A stretch of 64,000 bases of DNA. Source: Mytilus edulis (taxonomy: Eukaryota). Positions within the stretch are counted from its first letter, which is position 1. The number at the start of each line of letters is the position of its first letter. Under the pieces are notes generated by a model. It saw nothing but the letters and a program-made list of their open reading frames with translations, searched no databases and was not told the DNA's origin. Made by a program: the position numbers and the translations under genes. This document shows, in pieces, positions 54,501 through 64,000 of this stretch. The stretch spans positions 3,286,001-3,350,000 of the forward strand of contig NC_092346.1 in assembly GCF_963676685.1 (NCBI RefSeq), written 5' to 3'.

Positions 54501-57500
54501 TATAATACCCACTGCATTTTAAGGTAGCTATTGTGTTTTGTGCAGTTATGCTCCATTTAGTATTGAAATTGTCCACATTTTCTGCACAAAGATTTGAAGA
54601 ATCTACAATAGGACAGTAAAGGGTAACTAAACATGCAATATTATCATGATTATCATTAATTTATTTATGAAGGTGATAGCAAAATAATGATTAAAAATAT
54701 GATAAAGAGTAGTTTGTTGTTATGAAGATGTTTTTTGTGTCAAAATAAAAAGATACTGGTAGAGTACATACTGAGAGGTATTACAAAAACATAGCTCAAA
54801 TATAAACAACCCAACAATAATATCCATATTAGGTTGGAGTACTCTTTAACTTTTATACTATACTTTAATTTGGATTGTCCTGTTCAGCTTGGTTTTATTT
54901 ATTACATTTTGCCACTTACAAGCTAACCAAAACAAACATCAAATTTTTAAACATGGATTTTGAAGATTTATAATTATAATAACGTTAACTTTCTTAAAAG
55001 AAATCAGTTTGCATACAAATGAATTATGCATTTCAACAGTTATATATGTTTCATAAACACCACAAATTCGTTGTTACAATGAGATTGGGTTAGGTAAATG
55101 TGTAAATTACAAACAGTGAAATTTGCAGATTATGAGCAATGTTAAGCATGAGAAGTGAACACAACAATAGATCTAAACTATTATAATTTAAAACCATTAA
55201 GGGATTCTTATTTGTTTACATTTAACACCGACTCCTGCCAAGAAATAATAATAAAAAAAACCATCTCTTTTACAAATACATGCACTATGTTGGAACTCCT
55301 GTTTTACTTCAATTGTTGTGTACATTGTCTAGATCATTCATTATACGATATACGTATTGTTATATAACACAAAACACAACTATGAAATAAATAGCGAGTA
55401 GTGCCATCCTTGTTATCATAAATAAATGTGTACGTGTATTTTATTTTACAATAAAGCAAATTAATTAAACTAACAAAATAAATTATGATTCAAATAAACT
55501 TGTAAAGGACTGAAACCAACATTAGTGACCAGATGAACAGCTCATACTTTGCATGTACAAACTCTCTCACCTATGGAAATCTCAAATCAGTAAAAACAAA
55601 AGTACAAATTACAATAAGAAATACATCTATAGATCAGACGAGTTCACACATATCTGAGATAGAGAAATGATTCATTGTGAGCAGCAACCATATAAGAAGG
55701 AAACAGAGTTGTGTTATCAACCGACCACCTTGTAACTGTCTTGTTGTAAATCAATAAATGTAAATCTCAATTTTGATTGGATAGATGTATTCAGCATAGT
55801 CAAGAACACTATCTATATAGCTGAAAGTTAGACTGACGGAAACTGCCTACTTGATTTCTTTCTTTCTAAGAGGTTCCCGTATGAAGCCAGCCTCATAAGT
55901 CGACAAGAAGAGGTTGAACTTACTATGGCAATCAATATTACAATGGCCAATATTATGTTAGATATTAAATGGCTTAACCCATCAGTTTAAATGATAACAC
56001 AGTGCATGCAGTGTTATTGGCAAATTTTGGAATTTCGGGTCCTCAATGCTTTTCAACTTTGTACTTGTTTAGCTTTTAAACTATTTTGATCTGAGCGTCA
56101 CTGATGAGTCTGGTGTAAACGAAACGCGTGTCTGGCGTATTAAATGATAATTCTGATACTTTTGATAACTAATTAAAAGAAGAGTTTCACAAATTTTTAA
56201 AACTTTCTTTTTTCTTTTGTATTTGAATAATTGTTATAACAATGTAAGGTATAATACACCCTCAATGAAATTTCAAACACCATTTGTGGATGAATATTGT
56301 GTAAGGCAATAATTTGCACATTAATAAGGTGAACTCCAAGTTTTGCATATTTTTTTTTTCATGGCAGTTACAATAAAATACGATTTAAATCAAATGCTCA
56401 AAAGTATCACCGATCTTTATAAACTTACTGCGTTTTCACCGTCTAATGTTATCAACATCTACGCGTTCATTCTTTTTCAATACAAACGACCGTACTGCAT
56501 ATAGAAAAATATGTATATCCTATCCGTTCATTCGATGTAATGGTGTATACAATACATGCATGTACTTAATTTGGTAATTTGTTTCTAAAAGTATGTGGTT
56601 CATTGTATATACTGAATCCATGATAAATAAATGAAACACATTTGATCCAATATTTGCTCTTACCTGTACATTTTTCACCAATCCAGCCACCAACACACGA
56701 GCAGTCTAAATCACCATTATTGTTTTGACTGCAAGACCCACCGTTTGAACAGTACTCAGGATGACAAGAATAGTCTGTGAAGACATTTAGTTTGATTATA
56801 TACATGTAGCTCTTCAACTGTTTTATAAAATTGAGAATAGAAATGGTAAATATTTAAAGGAGATAAAAACCCGACCAAACAGCAGACATTCTTTGTTTTC
56901 AAATATATGGCTTTATCTATTGTGGAGAATGGTCTTAATGGCAATCATACCACATTTTCTTATTTTTATATATATATGTGAGTGTTCCTGATGACGGTCA
57001 ATCCAGAAAAACACATTTTATATAGACTTTACACACGTGATATTAGTGTTTAAGTTAATATCAGGCATTCAAATAATAATAAAACTTATTAAAACAACCT
57101 TAAATAATTCTTCATACTGAAAGAGTTAATTTTGCTATCAACATGATGTCAATATATGTTCGTGGAGTTCGAGTTATCATTTAAATTAAACTGTATTTAG
57201 TCAACAAATAAATGGAAATTTTTAACGACCTTGACTGTATTGAGTAGCACGACATGAGGCATTATATATTTCTTGAGTACAGAAGATGGTTTCGTTTGTT
57301 TTGTTGATACGGTATCAAACAATCTTGAGATGTGCATTATTTACTGTCGTGGTTGTGATTTTTTTCATTGGTTTTGATTCAGGGAAGTTGATTGCCTATG
57401 TTAATTGCTTTTTTATTGCTACTCTAAATTCAAATATTTTGAAGGCTGTTATTGTTTTTTTCTGATCTGCGCTGAAATAGAAAATATATCACATTCCCAA

Positions 57501-60500
57501 TTTGTACCCTTTGGTTGTACCCTTTGGTTTTTGTACGTAAAAAAAATGTTCGTGTCATTTGACAGGTCTGAGTACACTTCCTTGAAACCAACACATGTGT
57601 TTATCCAAAATACAATAGAAATTGTATAGATGTAGATGATATTAACTCTAACTCTATAAATGAAGTACTGACAAATGATTTTTTGGTATACGTCTCCATT
57701 ACCTAGAATATAATGTAATATATATAATTGTCTAAACTATTTCACACTTCATTCTTGTTATAAACATGGTTTTTAAAGTAGAAAAGACAATACGTATACA
57801 CTTACCTGTGCAATTTTCGAAGTCACTGGTTGGAAGACTTGACAGGTGAACATTATTCTGATCCAAGCATGTTACACTACCTCGGTTTGGAAATGATTTT
57901 ATCCAGGACCAAAATGGAGCGTTAATGCAATCACAAATTAATTCAAGGTAACTGTTAAAAAGGAAGGATACAAAGTGAATACATTAATGGTACATTGTTT
58001 ATATTTCAATAAGCGCAATGCCACAATTCCGTAATTGATCATATTAGTTTACGAGCAATATCAATACAACACGGAACACCACAGAGACATGTCTTACATG
58101 GGTGTCTTAGATGAAATTTTCGTTAGTGGTAGCGATAATAAGCGACAAAATATAACTATTAAAAATGTGTTTAGACTCTCCCAGTAACTAGCGTCTCGAT
58201 AATTGTTACAATTGTAGGACATGATATGATTTAAGAATTACGAATGTCCCGTAAAAATGTCGCATCGACATTGCTAATTGTTCCTTATCTTGTATATCTT
58301 AGACCGAATGATGTGCATTTATATTAAATGACTAGAACATCGCAATTTTTCAACAAACCAATATCAACACAAGATATTAGAAATAAACCTAAGATCTGTC
58401 CTCAACAAAATATTCTAATGCAATTTTTATGTTACATTTTTCTCATTGGCTAAAAGTTCCCGTCAAATCCACAGTTGACCAGGCGTAACTAAGGTAGGAC
58501 CCGCCATTTTGAATTGATTGAATCAACAAATGTTCGAATACTGCTATATTATATATAATCGAAAATAAAACAACACTTACCACGATTTAGCAGTTTTAAT
58601 GTTATTTTATCCGAATTTGAATCGTTCAGGTAATATAATATCCTCCAGTTTGTAAGTTTCCATGTGTATGACGTCACGTTTACCCATGACGTCTTTGCGC
58701 CAAAATTATTTATAAAGTTTCGCGTTTTTTTTTTTTATTTGTCCAATTTAGACATTTTATCAAGTTTAATAGTATTATTTCTTTTTTGTAATGCATTAGA
58801 ATCGGAATAACAGTACTGTAGTTGAAGAGTTGCCACCGTCAATTTTGATTTAACGGTCGCAAATCTCCGTTTTACTGTCTCCGCTACGCCTCAACAGTAA
58901 AACTGCATTTGCGACCGTCAAATCTACAATTGACGGTGGCAACTCTTTAACTACAGTACTATTATTCCTTAACCCTCTTACTGCCGAGTTTTTTTCTTGC
59001 TTTGTCGCGCAAAAGCATCTTGATGTTTGTTATATGTGACGTTGCAAAACTTGTTTCTCTCTGTAGAACTGCGCTTTCCCGCCGTCCATATTTTTTCCCG
59101 CGTTACTGTAGCCGTAATTATGAAAAACGATGAATAAGTAATTTTACAGAAGTTATTGCTCTAAGATTGTCATAAACGATATTTTTAATACAAGATTATT
59201 TAAAAATACAACTTTTAACCTTGAAATATTGTTTTTTTAAATGTCTTATCTTAAATAAAGTGAAAATAATATACCAATTGCTAATAGCTTTGAAGGCGAT
59301 TTTGTTTGATCTTTGTCAAGTGAAATGCATAAATGATTCTTAGCCACCTCTAAAATACTAAAATATATATATTCTCGTTTTTGGATTAGCTTATTAAACC
59401 TTGTTATAATTGGTAAATACCGGAAAAAAGTCTCTCAAATCATTATATAAATGGCAAAACAACGGCACCCAATGAAAATAAAAATAAAAACAATGTGTGT
59501 ACAAATAAAAATGAAATAAAATCTCCAAGCAGCTGATTCTATGAACTACTTCTTGTTGTAAAGTATCAAGCGTGGCAGATTAACATTTTCATTCCAAGCC
59601 TTGTTTCGTTAGGCGAGGAAATATGTTTTACAAACAATATCATCCATATTCATTTTGTTTATTTTTTAATCATGTTTATTATTATTTTGTTGACCACCTA
59701 TTGCTCCACATTTTAGAGAATACGAATAAAAAAAAACATAGTTAAAAACGAGGGACGAAATTCTCTAAAATGAATTTCTATTGTCTACAAGTGAACCTGA
59801 ATCAATAATAATTCATTTTCATTTTCTATGATAAAGTACACACTGTAATTAACATACACAAAATATCTTTATAATCTGTTAATTGAGAAATTGTTTTCTT
59901 CTCAACGTTCAGTGGCAAATATTTCATGCTATATTAAGGACGTCTGAAATTTAATGTACAGTACATATATTGCTCAATGGGTCCTACAATGTAAAAGATC
60001 TGTGGTGAATGCCAGAAAAAAAGAGGTTGCCACTGGGAAAGAATATCGATTATATATATGATAGGAATAGAAATCATTGTGTCTACTACTAATTTAACAT
60101 CTTTATTTCGAATGCAAATAAATATTTTTATGTCAATGCTTCCATAATGAAACGGGTTTAAAATGTATTGAAATATCGCATGGCAATGCAAATATATCGG
60201 TTAACATGTGTGTACTTTTACAAAAATAAATCCTAACTGAGATTTCAAACGCGGCATAAATAAAGCGTGTATTTTGACTGAATATTAATAGTTCGCGTAT
60301 AATCAAGTAAAACAGTTACCCTTTTTATGAATATTTATTAGGAAAGCGAGTGTTACATAAGTTATTCTGATTGAAAGATATGCGAAAAAAACGTTAAACA
60401 CATTTTTCGAAAGAATGCAACATTTTACATGAAAATGACGAACTAGATAAGTAGTAAACACGTTAAATATGCTATTATTATAGTACTAACAAGCTTATGA

Positions 60501-62317
60501 TCCAGTATCATTTTTTGACATCCGTTTTAAGTATACTTTTAATGCATTTTATTCAGTTTGCTTCCTTTTGGCGCCGTCTTTTGACGTTGCCAGTGCCCCT
60601 GAGTATTGTGACGTTACCATGGACTTTTGACGTTCTACACAATCAACAAGATTTGTGTGTAGAAGCCATAAGTGTCCCTTTAGCAGCAAGAGGGTTAAGT
60701 GATAGAGGTCATTTGTAGAATGACAAGAGTATCCCGTCTTCAAAGTAGTATTCAATTTCAAAATCAATTATAAATCCTTTTATCAATTTAAGGTATAATG
60801 CATTCTAATGCAATTTGGATGAAACAATTTTTATCATTGGCTTAAAGTAACCGTCAAATCCACAGTTGACCAGTCGTAACTAAGGAGGGACCCACCATTT
60901 TGAATTGATTGAATCAACAAATGTTCGATTACTACTATATAATCGAAAATTAAACAACACATACCTCGAATTCGCCTTTTTAATGTTATTTTATCCGAAT
61001 TTGAAGCGTACAGGTATCGTAATAACCTCCAGTTTGTAAGTTTTCATTTGTATGACGTCACGTTTAGCCATGACGTCTTTGTGCCAAAATTATTCATGAA
61101 ATTTCGCGGATTTATTTTCAATTTGTCAAATTTAGACGTTTTTCAAGTGTTATCGTATTTTTTCTTTTTGTAATGCATTTGACAATTGACGATGGCTACT
61201 CTTCAACTACAGTTCTGTTATTCCTTAATTCGCATCTTTGATGTAAATGGTTCAAAGCTAACAGTAATTTTGGTTTGATTTGTTGTTTGATTGGGAACAT
61301 TTAATTTCATTTTGAAATTACCTTAATTATGAATATCAAGTTAAACATTGACATACAGATTAAGTGCCTATCCCAATAATATAACCCAGTTTGCTGGTGA
61401 CTCTATAGCAAATTATCATTGTATTTGAAACTGTTCAAAATTGTACTTACAGAAATCGTAGACTTGGATTACTGGTAAATGTGTCACTCTTGACAAAGGT
61501 AAAGTTGTTACCGACAACATCTCTGCGAAAAACAAAGTGTGTTCAACTCTAAGACAGAACAAAACAGGTAGGAAATGTCCATGGTCTTCAGCAAAAAAAC
61601 GTAGTGGGCATATTTAGGTAGCGACGAAAAGTGTTTCATATAATTTATTTCAACAATAAATCATTACAATATTCTCGCAAAACTCGTAACGGCTCTACAC
61701 ATTATATAGAATAGACCTCAAAATATGTCATCGTACGGAATTTTCTTGAAGTTTGGTATTTTTGTTTTCTTCTACTATCAAATTCGTATACCAATATACT
61801 TTACAAAATTATGAAAATAAATATAGCTTATTTAAAACGTACACAATTGTAAGCCAGGTAATGATACATGCTAAAATAGTTTTGCGAAGAACAAATTAAG
61901 AATGAAAAATGGAATGATGATGACTTTCACAATGTTTCACTAAATTATTCAATGTGTATTGATTTATAATGCACCTTTTCCATCAAATATGAAAGAAGGA
62001 ATACCCCCAAAACAGTTATATCTTCATCATATTTTGACAAACATACAGAAATATCAATTGAGGGCGGTTTGGAACACAATTTGTTATCGACAACAGCAAT
62101 GATTTTGTCATCTCATTCTTAACTATGAAGGAATATTCGTTATAACTCCTTCTTGTTGTTACTGTACGTTGTGCAGTAGATATATTTCTTTAATTAGTGT
62201 TCCTTTGCATATATTATTTATAGTATTTAAAAATAATATACATACAGCTGGTATAGCGCTGGTAGGCCTTGAAACATTCCTTTGTGAAGTGTGGTTATTA
62301 GATTGTTTTTAAACCAT
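30422..62317 (-). CDS. Adhesion GPCR (secretin-like/family B2, latrophilin-like 7TM) with LRR, LRRCT, EGF, HormR and GAIN/GPS domains; 22 coding exons in window, 5' end outside window, 3' end uncertain
   Basis: All 22 exons have GT-AG boundaries and matching phases, and join into 2281 nt (1+760 codons) with no stop. Motifs: LRR (NNLITTLHKGMFQGLPAL), LRRCT (LICDC..FWSW..C..C), EGF (CSNGGSC..CSCVGGWIGEKC), HormR (C..W..C..G..SRYC...GKWEEPNYSNC), GPS (CGHW..W....C..NHTTNFAILM) and 7TM (SAIGCGVS, NLCVALL, HYLFL, CWL..WAFIGP, LPLFGVTWVLG, FQYLFAICNSLQGLFICLFHC). Confidence 0.95.
31354..31811 (+). mobile_element. TRIM (non-autonomous miniature LTR retrotransposon) with tRNA-derived LTRs, Helenus/TRIMp3-type
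   Basis: LTR1 31354-31526 and LTR2 31630-31811 both run TGTGAC...GTTACA. PBS TGGCGCCCAAC at 31528-31538, PPT GAGGTGGGGGAAG at 31617-31629, TAGC target-site duplication on both sides. Confidence 0.92.
31702..31774 (+). pseudogene. tRNA-derived (Thr-TGT-like) sequence within the 3' LTR; degenerate copy in the 5' LTR at ~31425-31489
   Basis: A box TAGCTCAGTCGG, loop CTTGTAA, variable arm AGGTC, T-arm CCGGG-TACCAGT-CCCAG (degenerate B box); acceptor stem poorly paired. Confidence 0.75.
31968..32009 (-). CDS. aGPCR exon, end of TM7 (GLFICLFHCFLNEQ)
   Basis: 42 nt, phase 0; completes the NSLQG-FI--FHC motif. Confidence 0.95.
33413..33539 (-). CDS. aGPCR exon, TM6-TM7
   Basis: 127 nt; TGLKSICVILPLFGVTWVLGAFS...FQYLFAICNSLQ. 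Confidence 0.95.
34560..34645 (-). CDS. aGPCR exon, TM5-ICL3
   Basis: 86 nt; INLIIIIITVYKILTSTGLAAKTLQTKYK. Confidence 0.93.
35659..35725 (-). CDS. aGPCR exon, ECL2-TM5
   Basis: 67 nt; CWLTLESNLIWAFIGPALLVSL. Confidence 0.95.
36885..37160. mobile_element. Terminal-palindrome element (unrelated sequence, similar architecture)
   Basis: ~120-bp imperfect palindrome at 37032-37153 (AGGGTTATTGCATGAATATTGGGGAATATTGTCCC / GGGACAATATTCCCCAATACTCATGCAATTACCCT). Confidence 0.6.
37500..38248 (+). mobile_element. Probable HINE-like element
   Basis: TGACCTTGACCT core repeats and an imperfect 3' hairpin (GGTCT..TCCAC...GTGGAAAG); boundaries approximate. Confidence 0.5.
38562..38631 (-). CDS. aGPCR exon, TM4-ECL2
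   Basis: 70 nt; IIPAVIVGVSAGTTGLKGYGNHQF. Confidence 0.93.
39011..39161 (-). CDS. aGPCR exon, TM3-ICL2
   Basis: 151 nt; VVCSAIAIVLHYLFLTDFALMLAQGIQI...LIPACW. Confidence 0.95.
39785..39887 (-). CDS. aGPCR exon, ICL1-TM2
   Basis: 103 nt; YVRNERTQTLMNLCVALLLSYVIFLAGISRTGNK. Confidence 0.95.
41435..41478 (+). ncRNA. Type I minimal hammerhead ribozyme, intact core, in a retrozyme-type repeat (41396-41510)
   Basis: Stem I GTGTCA/TGACGT, CTGATGA 41441-41447, stem II GTC-TTATGTA-GAC, GAAA 41461-41464, palindromic stem III ACGCGCGT, GTC cleavage triplet ending at 41472. Confidence 0.9.
42175..42278 (-). CDS. aGPCR exon, TM1
   Basis: 104 nt; PLSVISAIGCGVSILFLVITILIHMVLWR. Confidence 0.95.
43342..43465 (-). 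CDS. aGPCR exon, GPS and tethered agonist (GAWSSFGSRLVDASDSYTICEYNHTTNFAILMSPGKT)
   Basis: 124 nt, phase 2 to 0; H-x-T-N-F-A-I-L-M. Confidence 0.95.
44492..44538 (-). CDS. aGPCR exon, start of GPS (DNMSMPFCGHWNFSA)
   Basis: 47 nt, phase 0 to 2; CxxW motif. Confidence 0.92.
44889..45003 (-). CDS. aGPCR exon, GAIN (NVKSFNGSYDVNSIITDF...IIKFDHLL)
   Basis: 115 nt, phase 2 to 0; VNS.I and I.F.H GAIN motifs. Confidence 0.92.
46318..46390 (-). CDS. aGPCR exon, GAIN (GLTGYSSTFYKSISGLFPKYLILDG)
   Basis: 73 nt, phase 1 to 2. Confidence 0.88.
48284..48403 (-). CDS. aGPCR exon, GAIN (VIQIGKTSSDKIHVPDR...KNTCS)
   Basis: 120 nt, phase 1 symmetric. Confidence 0.9.
49972..50080 (-). CDS. aGPCR exon, GAIN (GLGGITSLVHAVSEY...VVARQNV)
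   Basis: 109 nt, phase 0 to 1; donor gtaagt. Confidence 0.9.
50858..51365 (+). repeat. Degenerate ~42-bp minisatellite, about 12 units (AAAACCCGATCGTGCACACTGAGATCG...)
   Basis: Units read directly; explains the 14-aa periodicity in ORFs 50945, 51011 and 51103. Confidence 0.85.
51383..51454 (-). CDS. aGPCR exon, GAIN (IFGTLCNNLLDDRNYQQWNELNVQ)
   Basis: 72 nt, phase 0; NLL....W..L GAIN helix motif. Confidence 0.92.
51701..52031 (+). mobile_element. Short HINE-like element with (GACG)n microsatellite
   Basis: AACAAGAATG start, GACG array 51905-51975, 3' hairpin ATGCCCC...GGGGCAT. Confidence 0.8.
52600..53765 (+). pseudogene. Penelope-like RT remnant (FDNTLRYLDDILALN...IYPTE) split by a TIR element
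   Basis: YLDD motif at 52750-52761; the RT continues after 53733. Confidence 0.7.
52796..53733. mobile_element. Non-autonomous DNA transposon with 11-bp TIRs and CCATACGCGTATGG-like subterminal palindromes
   Basis: ATGTTCCGGAC ... GTCCGGAACAT; TSD not resolved. Confidence 0.8.
53895..54080 (-). CDS. aGPCR exon, GAIN subdomain A
   Basis: 186 nt, phase 0; LKDLENITRDNNELRSGDLLSSSAIL. Confidence 0.92.
54403..54602 (-). CDS. aGPCR exon, hormone-receptor (HormR) domain
   Basis: 200 nt, phase 1 to 0; LCAENVDNFNTKW...KCSGYYTGYVSRYCSSYGKWEEPNYSNCIS. Confidence 0.95.
56095..56138 (+). ncRNA. Type I hammerhead ribozyme, core intact, stem II weakened (repeat ~56015-56171)
   Basis: GCGTCA-CTGATGA-GTCTGGTGTAAAC-GAAA-CGCGTG-TC-TGGCGT; same family as 41396-41510. 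Confidence 0.8.
56664..56774 (-). CDS. aGPCR exon, EGF-like domain
   Basis: 111-nt phase-1 symmetric exon; six cysteines in DYSCHPEYCSNGGSCSQNNNGDLDCSCVGGWIGEKCT. Confidence 0.95.
57806..57951 (-). CDS. aGPCR exon, LRR C-terminal cap (YLELICDCINAPFWSWIK...VTCLD...FENCT)
   Basis: 146 nt, phase 2 to 1; LRRCT cysteine pattern; donor gtaagt. Confidence 0.92.
58411..58972. mobile_element. Terminal-palindrome element (Crypton-like, non-autonomous); second, internally deleted copy at 60802-61228
   Basis: ATTCTAATGCA (58412) and TGCATTAGAAT (58792), followed by a ~165-bp palindrome at 58804-58968. The class name is inference. Confidence 0.65.
58973..60694. mobile_element. Non-autonomous piggyBac-like element
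   Basis: TTAA-CCCTCTTACTGC ... GCAGCAAGAGGG-TTAA (11/12 TIR); no transposase ORF. Confidence 0.88.
61451..61522 (-). CDS. aGPCR exon, LRR (DVVGNNFTFVKSDTFTSNPSLRFL)
   Basis: 72-nt phase-2 symmetric exon; acceptor tttttcgcag, donor gtaagt. Confidence 0.9.
62246..62317 (-). CDS. aGPCR exon, LRR (WFKNNLITTLHKGMFQGLPALYQL)
   Basis: 72-nt phase-2 symmetric exon; acceptor ttgttgtag, donor gtatgt; typical 24-aa LRR. Confidence 0.9.
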
Positions 62318-62819
62318 CTACAACAAGTATTGTAGAAATTGTTGTTAAAAATGAAAGTGCAGACATGTCCTTATTATTGAAAATGTTAAACCGGCATTTA
62401 ATAATCAGAAGAATGCCAGTTCTATATGGTTAATTGAACAACTGTGTTACCTTCAACAACCATATTTTTACATAATAGTAAAATGTATCAGAATCACAAA
62501 TCAGTTAATTTAAAAACTCAGGATGGATTATTATATAAAAAGGACAGCAAGAATTACGAGATTGTGTCCACTTTAACGTTAAGTGTCAAATTGATGTATT
62601 GACAATACTAACCAGAGAATATCAATCATATATTTTTTGATTGTTTCTATACAAAAAATATTTGCCAACATCAATCCACAGTTGTACTTTTTGCTCAGTC
62701 GATGAGTTCAAACAAGAATTGGTTAATAAGTGTTTGGAGTGGGTATGTGTCATTGATTCTATTTTATGTGTACTGTTTGTTACTGTTGCTTGATCGCTGG
62801 TCGTTTTATTTTTTCTCAT

Positions 62820-63890
62820 GATATTTGTAGTCTTATATGACTAATCCTTGTCGCTTGGCCGTTGGTATGTGACGTAATTTTTAATGCCTTTTCACCATCG
62901 TATGTGACGTCATTTTCATAATTTACTGCGTTGAGGCCTGGACTGAGTCGGGTGTGTCTATTCTGTGTTTGTCTTTGCATTATGTATTCGTGTTTGTTTT
63001 ATGTAATGAGTTAATACTTCAGTTTCATTATGTATATCTGTTATATTCATTTGATAAAATTTACTGTTTGCAATAGCATTAATTGTTCTAAATAATAATA
63101 AGTATGTTCTTATCCCAAGCATAAAAACATAGCCGTATTTGACACAACCTTTTTCAACTTTTGATCTTCACTGCTGTACAACTTTGTACTTTTTTTCGCT
63201 TTCGATCTTGTATATCTGGGCGTCACTGGTGAGTCTTGTGTGGACGAGGCGCGTTTTTGGCGTATTGAATTTTAAACCTGATGCTTTTTGTTATTCATTA
63301 ATCATGTGTTTCTTTGTCTAATACGTTCTCCTATTAATTTGTATTGTAGTCCTGAAATATTATGTTGTCATTTCAATGTTACATTTAACATTGCCATTAA
63401 AGTGCGAGGTTTGGCATGCCACAAAACCAGGTTCAACCCACCATTTTTTCCTTTAAAAATGTCCTGTACCAAGTCAGGAATATGGCCATTGTTATATTAT
63501 AGTTCGTTTCTGTGTGTGTTACAATTTAACGTTGCGTCGTTTGTTTTCTCTTATTTTTGAGTGTAAATTGACATTGCGATAAGACGTGTCACGGTACTTG
63601 TCTATCCCAAATTCGTGTATTTGGTTTTGATGTTATATTTGTTATTCTCGTGGGATTTTGTCTGATGCTTGGTCCGTTTCTGTGTGTGTTACACTGTAGT
63701 GTTGTGTCGTTGTTCTCCTCTTATAATTATGAGTTTCCCTCAGTTTTAGTTTGTTAACCCGATTTTGTTTTTTGTAAATAAAATTGAGAATGGAAATGGG
63801 GAATGTGTCAAAGAGACAACAACCCGACCAAATAAAAAACAACATGGATTTATGAGTTTGAAGAGCGGTATACTACTGTTGCCTTTATTT
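62820..63890 (+). mobile_element. Composite Penelope-associated non-autonomous repeat containing a core-mutated hammerhead (63220-63263)
   Basis: GCGTCA-CTGGTGA-GTCTTGTGTGGAC-GAGG-CGCGTT-TT-TGGCGT; its 3' part recurs inverted at 47882-48022 and 46725-46805. Confidence 0.65.
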
Positions 63891-64000
63891 AGGTTCCTTG
63901 TTTATTATGTTTAGGCTAGTATTTTGTTTTAATTATGAAATAATTCAGATATTTCTTCCCTAATTACATGTACGTGTATATCTGTAAGAATAACACATGC

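Noticed and set aside
60788-61228. Kolobok element bounded by TTAAGG...CCTTAA
   Set aside because: Homology with the 58411 copy starts at ATTCTAATGCA, and that copy has no left TTAAGG, so the left match is probably chance.

Overview
This is AT-rich, repeat-dense eukaryotic DNA. The repeat families suggest a bivalve mollusc, probably a mussel (inference). Almost none of the ORF-track calls are real genes on their own. One real gene is visible: a minus-strand adhesion GPCR (LRR-LRR-LRRCT-EGF-HormR-GAIN/GPS-7TM). I reconstructed it by hand from 22 phase-compatible GT-AG exons (62317 down to 30422, 760 codons in the window; the 5' end lies beyond the window). The rest is mostly mobile DNA. (1) A complete 458-bp miniature LTR retrotransposon (TRIM) whose LTRs carry a tRNA-derived Pol III promoter, with a Lys PBS, a PPT and a 4-bp TSD (31354-31811). 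(2) An ~18.8-kb CAC...GTG terminal-inverted-repeat element with TA flanks (11472-30240). No transposase is visible in it; it has a CpG-decayed interior, nested elements and a candidate spliced non-coding transcript. (3) Several hammerhead-ribozyme (retrozyme-type) repeats, one with an intact core and a TSD. (4) Four decayed Penelope-like reverse transcriptase remnants, one followed by a SECIS-shaped hairpin. (5) Many Helentron-type non-autonomous elements with internal tandem repeats. (6) piggyBac-like, hAT-like and terminal-palindrome DNA elements. All coordinates and alignments were read by eye; no search was run.
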